Shown here: in pieces, positions 7,494-15,683 of the stretch
Position numbering within the stretch: position 1 is the first letter of the stretch
Layout of the letters: each line of letters begins with the position of its first letter
Source of the DNA: an uncultured virus (IMG/VR IMGVR_UViG_3300027782_003691)
Taxonomy: Duplodnaviria > Heunggongvirae > Uroviricota > Caudoviricetes
Virus record (IMG/VR): IMGVR_UViG_3300027782_003691
DNA: 20,000 nucleotides
Strand: one strand, 5' to 3'
Translations under genes and position numbers: made by a program
Notes under the pieces: model-generated
What the model saw: only the letters and a program-made list of their open reading frames with translations
What the model was told of the DNA's origin: nothing
Database searches by the model: none

Positions 7494-8395
7494 TTGTTAT
7501 CCTGCCATACAATATAACCACGGCTATAATTTTTGGGACGATTTAAGCCATCGTCAAAAGCCTGTTGCCACTCACTATCTCTAGTATACGCTTGCGTCCA
7601 GAAGTAGTCAACATCTAAGTTACCTTTACTTACCCAAAACTCCGCACGAGCCATGACTAAATGGAATCTCGGATTGCGGGGACTGGGAAATACCATGGTA
7701 CATGCTTTCCATAGCAGTTGACTAAAATCAGTTGTGACTTGTTTCTGTGTGCCCATGACTACTAATGCACCAAGATTCAATATATCGCTATCAAATACAG
7801 TAGTCTTATCACTTAGGTCAATAACAACATCGTACTGCCCTACGGGTTTATCCTGTAATCGATCTTTCCATATTGCGGTGTTGCTACTGCCCACAACATC
7901 TACCTCAAATCGCAATCCTTCTATGATTAATGAGTTATATGCTACCCAAGCCAAAAATCCACTGCCCAGGATTAACAATCGACTGCCATCGCCATGTCGT
8001 GCCAGCAGTTCGTCATATGTCTGCATGATGAGGTTATACCCACAGGCCACTGGCTCAATAATGTATCGAGGATGTGCCTCGGGTACCGATACATACTCTC
8101 CCTGCCGAACATTGTAGTAGTCGGAATATGCTGGCTCGCCGCGAGTGGAGACTAGGTCGCCTACCCGTACGTCCAGTACATTTGCCCCAACACGAGTAAC
8201 CTTGCCCAGACCTTCGTGCCCACTCATTTCCAAGGGTAATGGACCAAAGCCCCCAGTCATCATGTCAATGTCGCTGCGGCATACTCCGGTCATAACGGCT
8301 TTGACTTCAATCTCATCTGCGGTGGGATCGGGTTTATTCCAACCTGTTTCCGTAAACTTACCCTTCCCATCTGTATATAAAATTCTTGTTCTCAT
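7490..8395 (-). CDS. Zn-dependent medium-chain dehydrogenase (sugar-alcohol/threonine dehydrogenase-like)
   Basis: GVCRSD, GHEGLGKV, VGDLV, EPVAC and Rossmann ILGSGFLA. Lacks the four-Cys structural Zn lobe. Confidence 0.85.
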   Translation of the reverse strand: MRTRILYTDGKGKFTETGWNKPDPTADEIEVKAVMTGVCRSDIDMMTGGFGPLPLEMSGHEGLGKVTRVGANVLDVRVGDLVSTRGEPAYSDYYNVRQGEYVSVPEAHPRYIIEPVACGYNLIMQTYDELLARHGDGSRLLILGSGFLAWVAYNSLIIEGLRFEVDVVGSSNTAIWKDRLQDKPVGQYDVVIDLSDKTTVFDSDILNLGALVVMGTQKQVTTDFSQLLWKACTMVFPSPRNPRFHLVMARAEFWVSKGNLDVDYFWTQAYTRDSEWQQAFDDGLNRPKNYSRGYIVWQDNK

Positions 8396-9303
8396 GTTGC
8401 CCCCACTAAATCAAGCGATTCAATTGTTTTATGTATCCACATATCCAACTCATATTGATGTTGCCAGTATGCGTCGACGTCCGTCATTTTAACAGCAGTA
8501 TCAATCATACGCTTATACGCATCTTCAGGACACAAGCCTAATTCATAATAATAACGAGACCCATCCGCAAATATCATTAGAATACTGCGATCGTCACCAT
8601 TTAGTGTACGCCAGTCACTTTCAATAAACCACTTACGGCCTTGTGCGTCATTAAAATGCAATTCTATATGATCTTCGACATCATATACTCCATTAGGATT
8701 TACAATGCCATAGTCAGTTTTGATTAAGTCTTTTAATTGCCAACGTTGATCCACTGTTTCGTAATCTAGTTTAGCTTGATCATGAGTAAAGCCTGACAGC
8801 GATTGGAATAAACTTAATAAGTGTGGAATTAAATCTCTACTTACTCCACCAAACGATAAATCATACGTGGTAAACCAAGTGCCAGGGTTAGGAACACGAT
8901 CGTTGTTGTTCCATGTTAGATTAATAATCGTTGCCTTATGTGCTAGTTGTGCTAATACATTAATATTATCACGATATTGATTATTCTTAACCATCATAAA
9001 ACGTGTGTCGGGAAACTCATTACATAGATGTTTCCATTGTGCTGAAGTTTCTAACCCTGGTTTTTCAATGAACACGATCCTGGCATGTTTAGCTACAGCC
9101 CTTGCTATCTCCAAATGAGTAAAGTTAGGAGTACAAATGTTTACTGTATCAAAATATGCGTGTTCCTGTAATGCTGATTTTACGTTAGTATAATCGGCTG
9201 ATTTAGCAGCATCACTATCAACAGTAACAACTTCGTGACCTAACTCAACTAATACATGAAGATATAACTGGCCGATGCCCATACCTATAACAAGACTCTT
9301 CAT
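8392..9303 (-). CDS. Gfo/Idh/MocA family NAD(P) oxidoreductase
   Basis: IGMGIG, ICTPNFTH, IEKP and GGVSRDLIPH (GG-x3-D-x3-H). Confidence 0.9.
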   Translation of the reverse strand: MKSLVIGMGIGQLYLHVLVELGHEVVTVDSDAAKSADYTNVKSALQEHAYFDTVNICTPNFTHLEIARAVAKHARIVFIEKPGLETSAQWKHLCNEFPDTRFMMVKNNQYRDNINVLAQLAHKATIINLTWNNNDRVPNPGTWFTTYDLSFGGVSRDLIPHLLSLFQSLSGFTHDQAKLDYETVDQRWQLKDLIKTDYGIVNPNGVYDVEDHIELHFNDAQGRKWFIESDWRTLNGDDRSILMIFADGSRYYYELGLCPEDAYKRMIDTAVKMTDVDAYWQHQYELDMWIHKTIESLDLVGAT

Positions 9304-10898
9304 GCGGATTTTTCCAGATCTTCAAGTTTAGACTCATCCAGTTCAGATTCATCTACTTGCGTATAATCGGGGATTTCAAATAACGCATCAAACATAGTAC
9401 GTGAATTAACAGTTTTCTTTCCAGTAGCGCCTTTAGTGCCAACGAACCGTTGCCAAAATTTATCATGATAGTCAATGAAAGCAAGAGCATCTTCTAAATT
9501 GTCAATAGAAAATATGGCATCTACTAAATCTCTGAAATATAGCTGTTCAAACTTTTCTTCTACCAGCATAGTGGGACAAATTCCAGCATCATACTCACGA
9601 TTGGAACGCTGCACAGATTCAATATGAGTCCAGACATTGTGTCCCATTAGCAATGCATAGCTAAACGAGTCCCAACTTGTTCTACCTATCTTGCCTATTT
9701 TATTTAGATCAGGCATCACTGTGTAATGTGCTGGATTAGCTGGATCAAAAGTTTCCGTTCCCAATTCAGCCGGAGTTTTAGGAACTCCATCTTTATAGTA
9801 ACAGATATCTTTAACCAGGAAGTTTGCACTCATTGGGCTCTCGTCAAAGTGTTTTATTAGGCCATCTTGTAGCACCGCATCACGATATGTGCGTGTGTCA
9901 GTCGCGTACTTTTTATTGTCAACAATAGGACTCATGCGATAGCACCACTTCTTCCTATCCTGAATATCAATTTGATGATATACTTGTCCATTGGCAGTAG
10001 CCAAGAATGGACTTGCACAGTCAAAGCTAACAGTAAAGTTTGGATTGTGATATTTACGAACAGCACGTTGAATGTCGGTCAACATCAACGCCCACTCAAG
10101 TCTACCAATACCCAGGAAGTGCATCCAGTCATGTAGACCTTCTTCAAGCAATCCTTCAAACCTAAGTGTAACTATTCTTTTTAATACCAGTTCAATATCA
10201 GACGTATGTTGTCCGCCCAGTGCCCAGCCATTAAAATGTTTGCCGGGATATTGTTTTGGATCACAATACTTCTTCATGGTGTTATACCACTTGTGTGCGT
10301 CTGTTTGATTGCCACCCTGTAGTACATTTAAAAATTTACATTTGCCCGAACGATTGGCAATAAAATATTCATTATTAATATACGTAGCATCAACAGCGTC
10401 TTGATATGTATTGATACCAGTGACCTTGCGACTATTGGGAAAGTTGGTAATCCATGTAGGCACATCCAGTACCATGCCATAGTCCATATACGCATCCATC
10501 CAGGCAAGAACTTGCTCACGTTTTTGTTTTGCTTTGGGACATGCAGGATTTTTCCAGTCACCTTCCCATCGACCTTTGCCGATCTGGAACCCGCCTGAAT
10601 CACCCAACAGGAATGTATTGGGATCACGATTACGCACCATGTCTTCGGCCCAGTCCTGTTTATTGATATCTAAATTGGCATGCCCCGCGGAGTACAGACT
10701 CCATTTATATGGGAACAATGCCTTTTGGTCGTTGAGCCAATTAAGCATCTCCATATCCTGGATATTGGCGGGCATACGAGCAGGTTCAACGTGAACGCCG
10801 CCACGTTGTTTGCCTATATAGCTGGAGTAAAAACCCGACAATGCAGGAAGAAAAATCGCATAGTCCAGTTGTTTGGCGGTAAGGTTATCTTGAGTCAT
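9300..10898 (-). CDS. dpdA: tRNA-guanine transglycosylase-fold protein; probable DNA 7-deazaguanine transglycosylase (DpdA-like)
   Basis: Ordered TGT motifs GDSGGFQ, LDVP, VLQGG, ALGG, HFLG, FDCASP and GHN. No CxCxxC Zn motif. Adjacent to the clamp, with folE/queD in the same cluster. The TGT fold is confident; a DNA substrate is inferred. Confidence 0.75.
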   Translation of the reverse strand: MTQDNLTAKQLDYAIFLPALSGFYSSYIGKQRGGVHVEPARMPANIQDMEMLNWLNDQKALFPYKWSLYSAGHANLDINKQDWAEDMVRNRDPNTFLLGDSGGFQIGKGRWEGDWKNPACPKAKQKREQVLAWMDAYMDYGMVLDVPTWITNFPNSRKVTGINTYQDAVDATYINNEYFIANRSGKCKFLNVLQGGNQTDAHKWYNTMKKYCDPKQYPGKHFNGWALGGQHTSDIELVLKRIVTLRFEGLLEEGLHDWMHFLGIGRLEWALMLTDIQRAVRKYHNPNFTVSFDCASPFLATANGQVYHQIDIQDRKKWCYRMSPIVDNKKYATDTRTYRDAVLQDGLIKHFDESPMSANFLVKDICYYKDGVPKTPAELGTETFDPANPAHYTVMPDLNKIGKIGRTSWDSFSYALLMGHNVWTHIESVQRSNREYDAGICPTMLVEEKFEQLYFRDLVDAIFSIDNLEDALAFIDYHDKFWQRFVGTKGATGKKTVNSRTMFDALFEIPDYTQVDESELDESKLEDLEKSA

Positions 10899-10901
10899 TG
10901 A

Positions 10902-11624
10902 TTACTTTGTCTGCGCTGGAATAATGAAAGTATAGATTGCCAAACCAGAGTTAACAATGATTTGTGTAGCACCGCCATCGCTAATACGCATAATTTTGTC
11001 ACCAGCTAAATCCAAAATGCCAATAACTGTCTTAACGGGCCATTGCCATGCACGTTTGATATCACCACCTACATCAGGTTGGAATACAAAGTTACCAGCG
11101 TGTGAGCTATGGTCACCAAAGTAAAACTTCAGATCCCCATCTTCAACTTTAGCTTGGAATGTATTTTCTTCTTCGTTAGCTGACGCTTGCATCTTTAAAC
11201 GCAGAATAGCAGCAGCACTAGGTTCAAATTCAACGTTCCAGGTAACGTCTTTAAACTTGGGAGGTTTGATCTTTTCATTAGCCAGGGCTTCTGCCATAAA
11301 ACGATAGCTGTTTTTAAAGTCACCGTTGGTGTTTACAAAAGTCAGTTGATCCGGGGCTCCGGTATCTTTGCGGCTCATAGTTAACTTAGCACCTTCTTGG
11401 TATTCTTTTAAGTTCAATAGAATACTAAGTTTCTTCAAATTGGGCATACCAAATGTGCCCATGAAGTCTGCTACGGGATTAATAAACATACCGTCAATTA
11501 CCACCGAACGATCGTCAGCAATAGCGTTGAAATTTGTTTCTGTGTCTGTACCTGAAATTCTTAGCTGGTCGATGCCGCCCAATGCATGAATGTGACTGAT
11601 TAAATCTAATAGATGATCTCGCAT
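10902..11624 (-). CDS. DNA polymerase sliding clamp (gp45/PCNA-like)
   Basis: Start adjusted to ATG 11624 (SD AAGGA), 240 aa. Size, FGMPNL..L..LL, beta-rich pattern, C-terminal YTFIIPA and position near the polymerase fit a two-domain clamp. Confidence 0.65.
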   Translation of the reverse strand: MRDHLLDLISHIHALGGIDQLRISGTDTETNFNAIADDRSVVIDGMFINPVADFMGTFGMPNLKKLSILLNLKEYQEGAKLTMSRKDTGAPDQLTFVNTNGDFKNSYRFMAEALANEKIKPPKFKDVTWNVEFEPSAAAILRLKMQASANEEENTFQAKVEDGDLKFYFGDHSSHAGNFVFQPDVGGDIKRAWQWPVKTVIGILDLAGDKIMRISDGGATQIIVNSGLAIYTFIIPAQTK

Positions 11625-11648
11625 TTTATTTCCTTTTATAATAAATGT

Positions 11649-11678
11649 AGTATAACAGATTGTATTTAGACCTTGCAA
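11649..11678 (-). promoter_or_regulatory. Sigma70-type promoter TTGCAA-N18-TATACT (extended -10) with embedded CTAAATA
   Basis: Minus strand reads TTGCAA ggtctaaatacaatctgt TATACT, upstream of the clamp-dpdA operon. Confidence 0.6.
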
Positions 11679-12605
11679 CTATTTTGAAATTATTTTTGCC
11701 AAAGTCTGTCCGCCTCTCAGCGATGATAACATACCGGGTTTGCGTAATTCAAGCCAGGTCTGTGGACCTTCATCATGCCAGCAATAATCTATAGTATACC
11801 CCATGGATTTTGCCAATTCAAAAACTAAACTACCGGGTGTATAACTGCCGTCTTTCTTTTCTTCCACTAATTTTACTGCTGGCCAACGATCGCAGTCATT
11901 GAACGTCAGCATAAACACACCACCTGGTCTTAATTTGGTATAAATTTCCGACAGGTATTTCTTAATCACTTCCAGGGGCCTAAAGTTAAAAAAGTGACAC
12001 CCTACAATTACACCAAACTGTTCGTTGGGCAATCGGTCTAGCAGCGGATCGTCAGTGTGTTCTTTAATAATATATGGACGCAGTCTTCTCTGATATTGCG
12101 GGTTAAATTTCGTTAATACTGGTTCTAAAAATTGATGGCTAACTTCAACGAGATATAAGGGATCGTATCCCACCATATCATCAATGAAGTTGGCAAATCC
12201 CGGGCGGAAAATCATAGCGGGATAATGCCAATCCACTGTTTTCTTAACTCTAGAATAAAACAATTCAAGATTAATATCGGGTTGCCAACGCCTACCTAGA
12301 ATATGGTGCGCATCGTAGATACTTTCATCATGGTATGCTCTATAGCTTTGTTGAAATAATACTCGTTCCGCTTCTTCAATGTTGCTTTTTAAGTTGCGTT
12401 TAATCTCAGCTAATTCATTGTCAAAAGAATTAAATGCTTCTTTGATAGCTGCATGGCTGTTGATAATCTTATCGACATCAGTAGACGAATGCACGGACAT
12501 TACATGAGAAAATTCTTGTAAAGCGATATCCGCCTTCTCTAGTATAGGCGGAACCGACAGCTTATCCAGTTGATTTTTAAAATGTACTAATTCCGTTACT
12601 GTCAT
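11679..12605 (-). CDS. Class I SAM-dependent methyltransferase-like protein with N-terminal coiled coil
   Basis: LPNEQFGVI...FFNF, YL-x-EIY-x-x-LRPGG-x-F-x-LTF. Motif I is degenerate (IFRPG). Confidence 0.65.
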   Translation of the reverse strand: MTVTELVHFKNQLDKLSVPPILEKADIALQEFSHVMSVHSSTDVDKIINSHAAIKEAFNSFDNELAEIKRNLKSNIEEAERVLFQQSYRAYHDESIYDAHHILGRRWQPDINLELFYSRVKKTVDWHYPAMIFRPGFANFIDDMVGYDPLYLVEVSHQFLEPVLTKFNPQYQRRLRPYIIKEHTDDPLLDRLPNEQFGVIVGCHFFNFRPLEVIKKYLSEIYTKLRPGGVFMLTFNDCDRWPAVKLVEEKKDGSYTPGSLVFELAKSMGYTIDYCWHDEGPQTWLELRKPGMLSSLRGGQTLAKIISK

Positions 12606-15266
12606 TTAAAACTCAAATAGTGATTGGAAAGTATTTTCTGTGTTAGTGGCACTTGCTAGATCCCAGTTTAGTACACTTAGCAGGTTATCGATCTTTTGAT
12701 CTACAATTGTGGCTTCCATTAAACTGTGGTCAAATGGCAATTCCTTAAACCATTCGGGCAAGCGTTGTTCATCTGTAGGATAACCAATACTAGTCCAACC
12801 TAGTGGATTAGCCTTTAGTTTGCACACCACAGTTTTCATACCATCAACGATCTGCATACTATATTTGTCGCTGTTCATTCTGCGCAGATTATTCCAATTT
12901 AATGCTGCACGAACATGACCGGGAAGATTAGCCTTACCCGCAGCTTCTTCTTTCTTGGTGTATGTAGTTAGATTGTTAACACGTTTAGGAGTGCCTTTTT
13001 CCCAAGCTGGTCTATCTTTAAACGCATATTTAAATTCTCGTATTCTTTCAATAATATCATCACGTGATGTACCCGTCAAGACCTTTTCCAGAATCTCATA
13101 CAAGAACTCCTGCACCACTTTAGGAGTATCTGATCTTTTTAGATCCAATCCCATGGCCTTAATCTTTCCAGGATTACCATCGGTATCCAATCGTTTACCT
13201 TCAAGGTCATAGATCAACACAGCATAGCGTTTCTTGGTAATAAACAAACTGTTAGATGCCACCAGCTCGCGCCCTGCTTTGATCAGTTCGCCCATCTCTC
13301 GCGGGCAGTGGAATGCCTGTTCCATAAATGCTGGAAATGATTCGTTAACTTGATCAGCAATATTATCATATAACTGTATACACATGTCCTTGTTCCAGGT
13401 CATTGCGCCCTTAGCTACGTCGTCTTTAATCGCGGGCCAAGCAGTAAAGTAACATGAGTCTGTATCACCATATACGATGGCTTCGCCTACATGATCCTTA
13501 ACACCCATGATACATTCATTGATATGACCGGCCATATGACGAGCAATACTACGACCAGTCAGCGTAGTTGACTGTCCAATACGCTTGTCAAAGAACCGAC
13601 AATGTTGATTAAGAATAGCACCATATAAGCTGTTTAGGTTAATTTTCTTAACCAACTGACGCTTATCCCAAAATGCTATTTCTTTTGGATCGGTAGCTGC
13701 TTTCTTCTTGGCCTGTAGTTCTTTACGTTCAGCATACCACCGCTCCAGCAGTCCCGGGACAACACCCTTGCGCTCATAAGTGACAATGGTACCATTAGCA
13801 GTCAGTATCCAGGGTTGGTTACTGTTAAACACCATGTTCCAGATCTCAGCAGCCGAGTGTACGGACTTCTCACCATTCTGCCAGTCTACAGTGATCTCAG
13901 TACCGCGTTGCTGTTCCATCACCGCAGTATATTCTAACGATGCAAATATACCTTCCCATGCTGCTGTTGCAGATTTTCCCTGACTGATAAGATCATCAAG
14001 ATATCGATCGGTCATTACCGGACGTAATTGACCAATTACCGTTTCCATTCCCATATTCAACGCACGAATAGCTGATGGATACAGACTGTTAATATCCACA
14101 GCACCAATCCATTCGTGTATACCTTTTTTAGGATACGCAACATAAGCACCTGCCGCCGCGGCAGTATCCTCATCGTGTAATCGTTGTTTCTTATTGGGAA
14201 CGACCAATCCACGCTCATGTGCTTCATTGATAATAGCCTGTTCCGTCACCGCCACTGCACTCATGGTCTTCTGCAGAGTTACTGTGTTAGCGTGTGCTAG
14301 TTCATTGGCTAGGTCCAAGAAGCGTAACTTGGTGTCAAGTTTATTCAGGATCATTGTATCCTGTCTGTTATATTCAATAAACTTTTTAAAGTTTTGATTA
14401 TACAGTTGATCCAGTGTTCCTTCGTATTGTGTCTTGTGTTCGTTTAACTCATACTCAGCAATAGCATCCAGACTATAACTATGTCGTTCCTCATATGTAT
14501 ATTGTATATACAACTGCATATAATCCAAATGTACCCGCCCAATTAAATCATATGTTGTGCTGGTAGTGCCATAGCGTTCGTAGTCGCGTGGCTTGGGATA
14601 TTGTCCCCAAAGACAGAACCTACGAGTGTCGTCCTTACTCAACACACGAGTAATACGATTCACTGTGTAGGGAATATCATAGCCCTCGCTATTCCAACCT
14701 GACAGTACATCTGCATCTTCAATTAGATCCAGGAAAGTTTTTAGCATCTCCTCCTCACTATCAAATACAATAGTGTTTTCAAATTCCGATGCTATCTCCT
14801 GTGCTGTCTCCATGCTCATGTGTTTTGGTGGAATAACCAAGGTGACCAATTGATCTATCCATTGCAGATAGACTGATATTGCGGTAATAGCATTAAATGG
14901 ATCTGACGTAGGACTGTATCCTCGTTCTTTGTGGAAGTCTACCTCAATATCGAAAAACGCTGCGTGTAGTGTTGGCGCATCTTTGTCTTTATAGTTTTCT
15001 TCCAGACAACGGAACACGGGGTTAATATCGGATTCGTAAAGTTGCCGACCTTTTTGCACCGCCACTTCCCTACGAAACTCTTTTAAGTTCCGGCTGGAGA
15101 AACGAGCCACAGAAGTTCCATATATTGACTGGAACTTACCACGGGGATCATCATAATAAAATATGTGATTGGCTGGATATTCTTTGTATACTCTTTTACC
15201 ATCAACACGTTCTACAATATGTATACGATCCGCGTCGCGGGAATATAATGCGTCTACATAACTCAC
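12606..15266 (-). CDS. Family B DNA polymerase (gp43-like) with 3'-5' exonuclease
   Basis: ExoI FDIEV, ExoII WNSEGYDIPY, ExoIII YNRQD; polymerase motifs DINSLYPS, KINLNSLYG, YGDTDS and KKRYA. GTG start abuts the upstream TAA. Confidence 0.97.
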   Translation of the reverse strand: MSYVDALYSRDADRIHIVERVDGKRVYKEYPANHIFYYDDPRGKFQSIYGTSVARFSSRNLKEFRREVAVQKGRQLYESDINPVFRCLEENYKDKDAPTLHAAFFDIEVDFHKERGYSPTSDPFNAITAISVYLQWIDQLVTLVIPPKHMSMETAQEIASEFENTIVFDSEEEMLKTFLDLIEDADVLSGWNSEGYDIPYTVNRITRVLSKDDTRRFCLWGQYPKPRDYERYGTTSTTYDLIGRVHLDYMQLYIQYTYEERHSYSLDAIAEYELNEHKTQYEGTLDQLYNQNFKKFIEYNRQDTMILNKLDTKLRFLDLANELAHANTVTLQKTMSAVAVTEQAIINEAHERGLVVPNKKQRLHDEDTAAAAGAYVAYPKKGIHEWIGAVDINSLYPSAIRALNMGMETVIGQLRPVMTDRYLDDLISQGKSATAAWEGIFASLEYTAVMEQQRGTEITVDWQNGEKSVHSAAEIWNMVFNSNQPWILTANGTIVTYERKGVVPGLLERWYAERKELQAKKKAATDPKEIAFWDKRQLVKKINLNSLYGAILNQHCRFFDKRIGQSTTLTGRSIARHMAGHINECIMGVKDHVGEAIVYGDTDSCYFTAWPAIKDDVAKGAMTWNKDMCIQLYDNIADQVNESFPAFMEQAFHCPREMGELIKAGRELVASNSLFITKKRYAVLIYDLEGKRLDTDGNPGKIKAMGLDLKRSDTPKVVQEFLYEILEKVLTGTSRDDIIERIREFKYAFKDRPAWEKGTPKRVNNLTTYTKKEEAAGKANLPGHVRAALNWNNLRRMNSDKYSMQIVDGMKTVVCKLKANPLGWTSIGYPTDEQRLPEWFKELPFDHSLMEATIVDQKIDNLLSVLNWDLASATNTENTFQSLFEF

Positions 15267-15527
15267 TTAAAGAGTTTTCCCGACCTGTGTTAGGATAGTT
15301 TCCAACAATTCATGATCCTGCTGTTCGCGGCCAAATTCAGATTTGTGTGCTAACCGAATTGCCTTTTTAAGGATACCGGGTTTAATTTCCAATTCTTCTG
15401 CTACGGCTTTAATGGTGTCATTCAATCCACCGGTAAGTGTTTCGATTTCCTGCATAACTGCCATACCCTCGTTAATCATTGATTCGAGTTTTTTAGTAGC
15501 TTCGCCTGAAAAGATTCTGTCTGACAT
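15267..15527 (-). CDS. Small helical dsDNA-binding protein (T4 DsbA / GapR-like)
   Basis: 86 aa with pattern I...I..L...L.D.IK...EEL.I.P..L.K.I.LAHK and an acidic C-terminal helix, as in DsbA-type proteins. SD AAGGA. Confidence 0.6.
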   Translation of the reverse strand: MSDRIFSGEATKKLESMINEGMAVMQEIETLTGGLNDTIKAVAEELEIKPGILKKAIRLAHKSEFGREQQDHELLETILTQVGKTL

Positions 15528-15549
15528 AATAGTTCCTTGTTAAAAATAT

Positions 15550-15577
15550 ATTATACATTAATCGCTATATTAAACAA
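15550..15577 (-). promoter_or_regulatory. Possible sigma70 promoter TTGTTT-N16-TATAAT for the replication operon
   Basis: Perfect -10 hexamer in an AT-rich spacer upstream of the SD; the -35 is weak. Confidence 0.5.
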
Positions 15578-15590
15578 GAGTAATGGTAAA

Positions 15591-15683
15591 ATGGGGGTTA
15601 CTTTATCCCCCGCCCACTACGCGGGGCAGTTCAATTGCACGGACGCCTTTACCGCAGCATCAAACGGTCCCTAAGGCAGGGTC
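15591..15683. ncRNA. Candidate structured RNA/DNA element of four back-to-back hairpins
   Basis: On the plus strand: GGGGG/CCCCC, GCCC/GGGC, GTTC/GGAC, and GCCTT..ACCG/CGGT..AAGGC. GC-rich island next to an AT-rich promoter region. Confidence 0.45.

Noticed and set aside
9300..10898. Ordinary bacterial tRNA tgt
   Set aside because: It is much longer, lacks the CxCxxC Zn site, and sits in a phage replication operon with a polymerase-like C-terminal motif. A tRNA substrate is not formally excluded.
12606..15266. Intein, intron or split in the DNA polymerase
   Set aside because: It is a continuous 886-aa ORF of ordinary length with all motifs normally spaced.
15591..15683. tRNA or a known self-cleaving ribozyme
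   Set aside because: No acceptor stem or TTCGA T-loop. Hammerhead (CTGATGA/GAAA), twister, twister-sister and pistol cores are not fully matched. Kept only as an unknown structured element.
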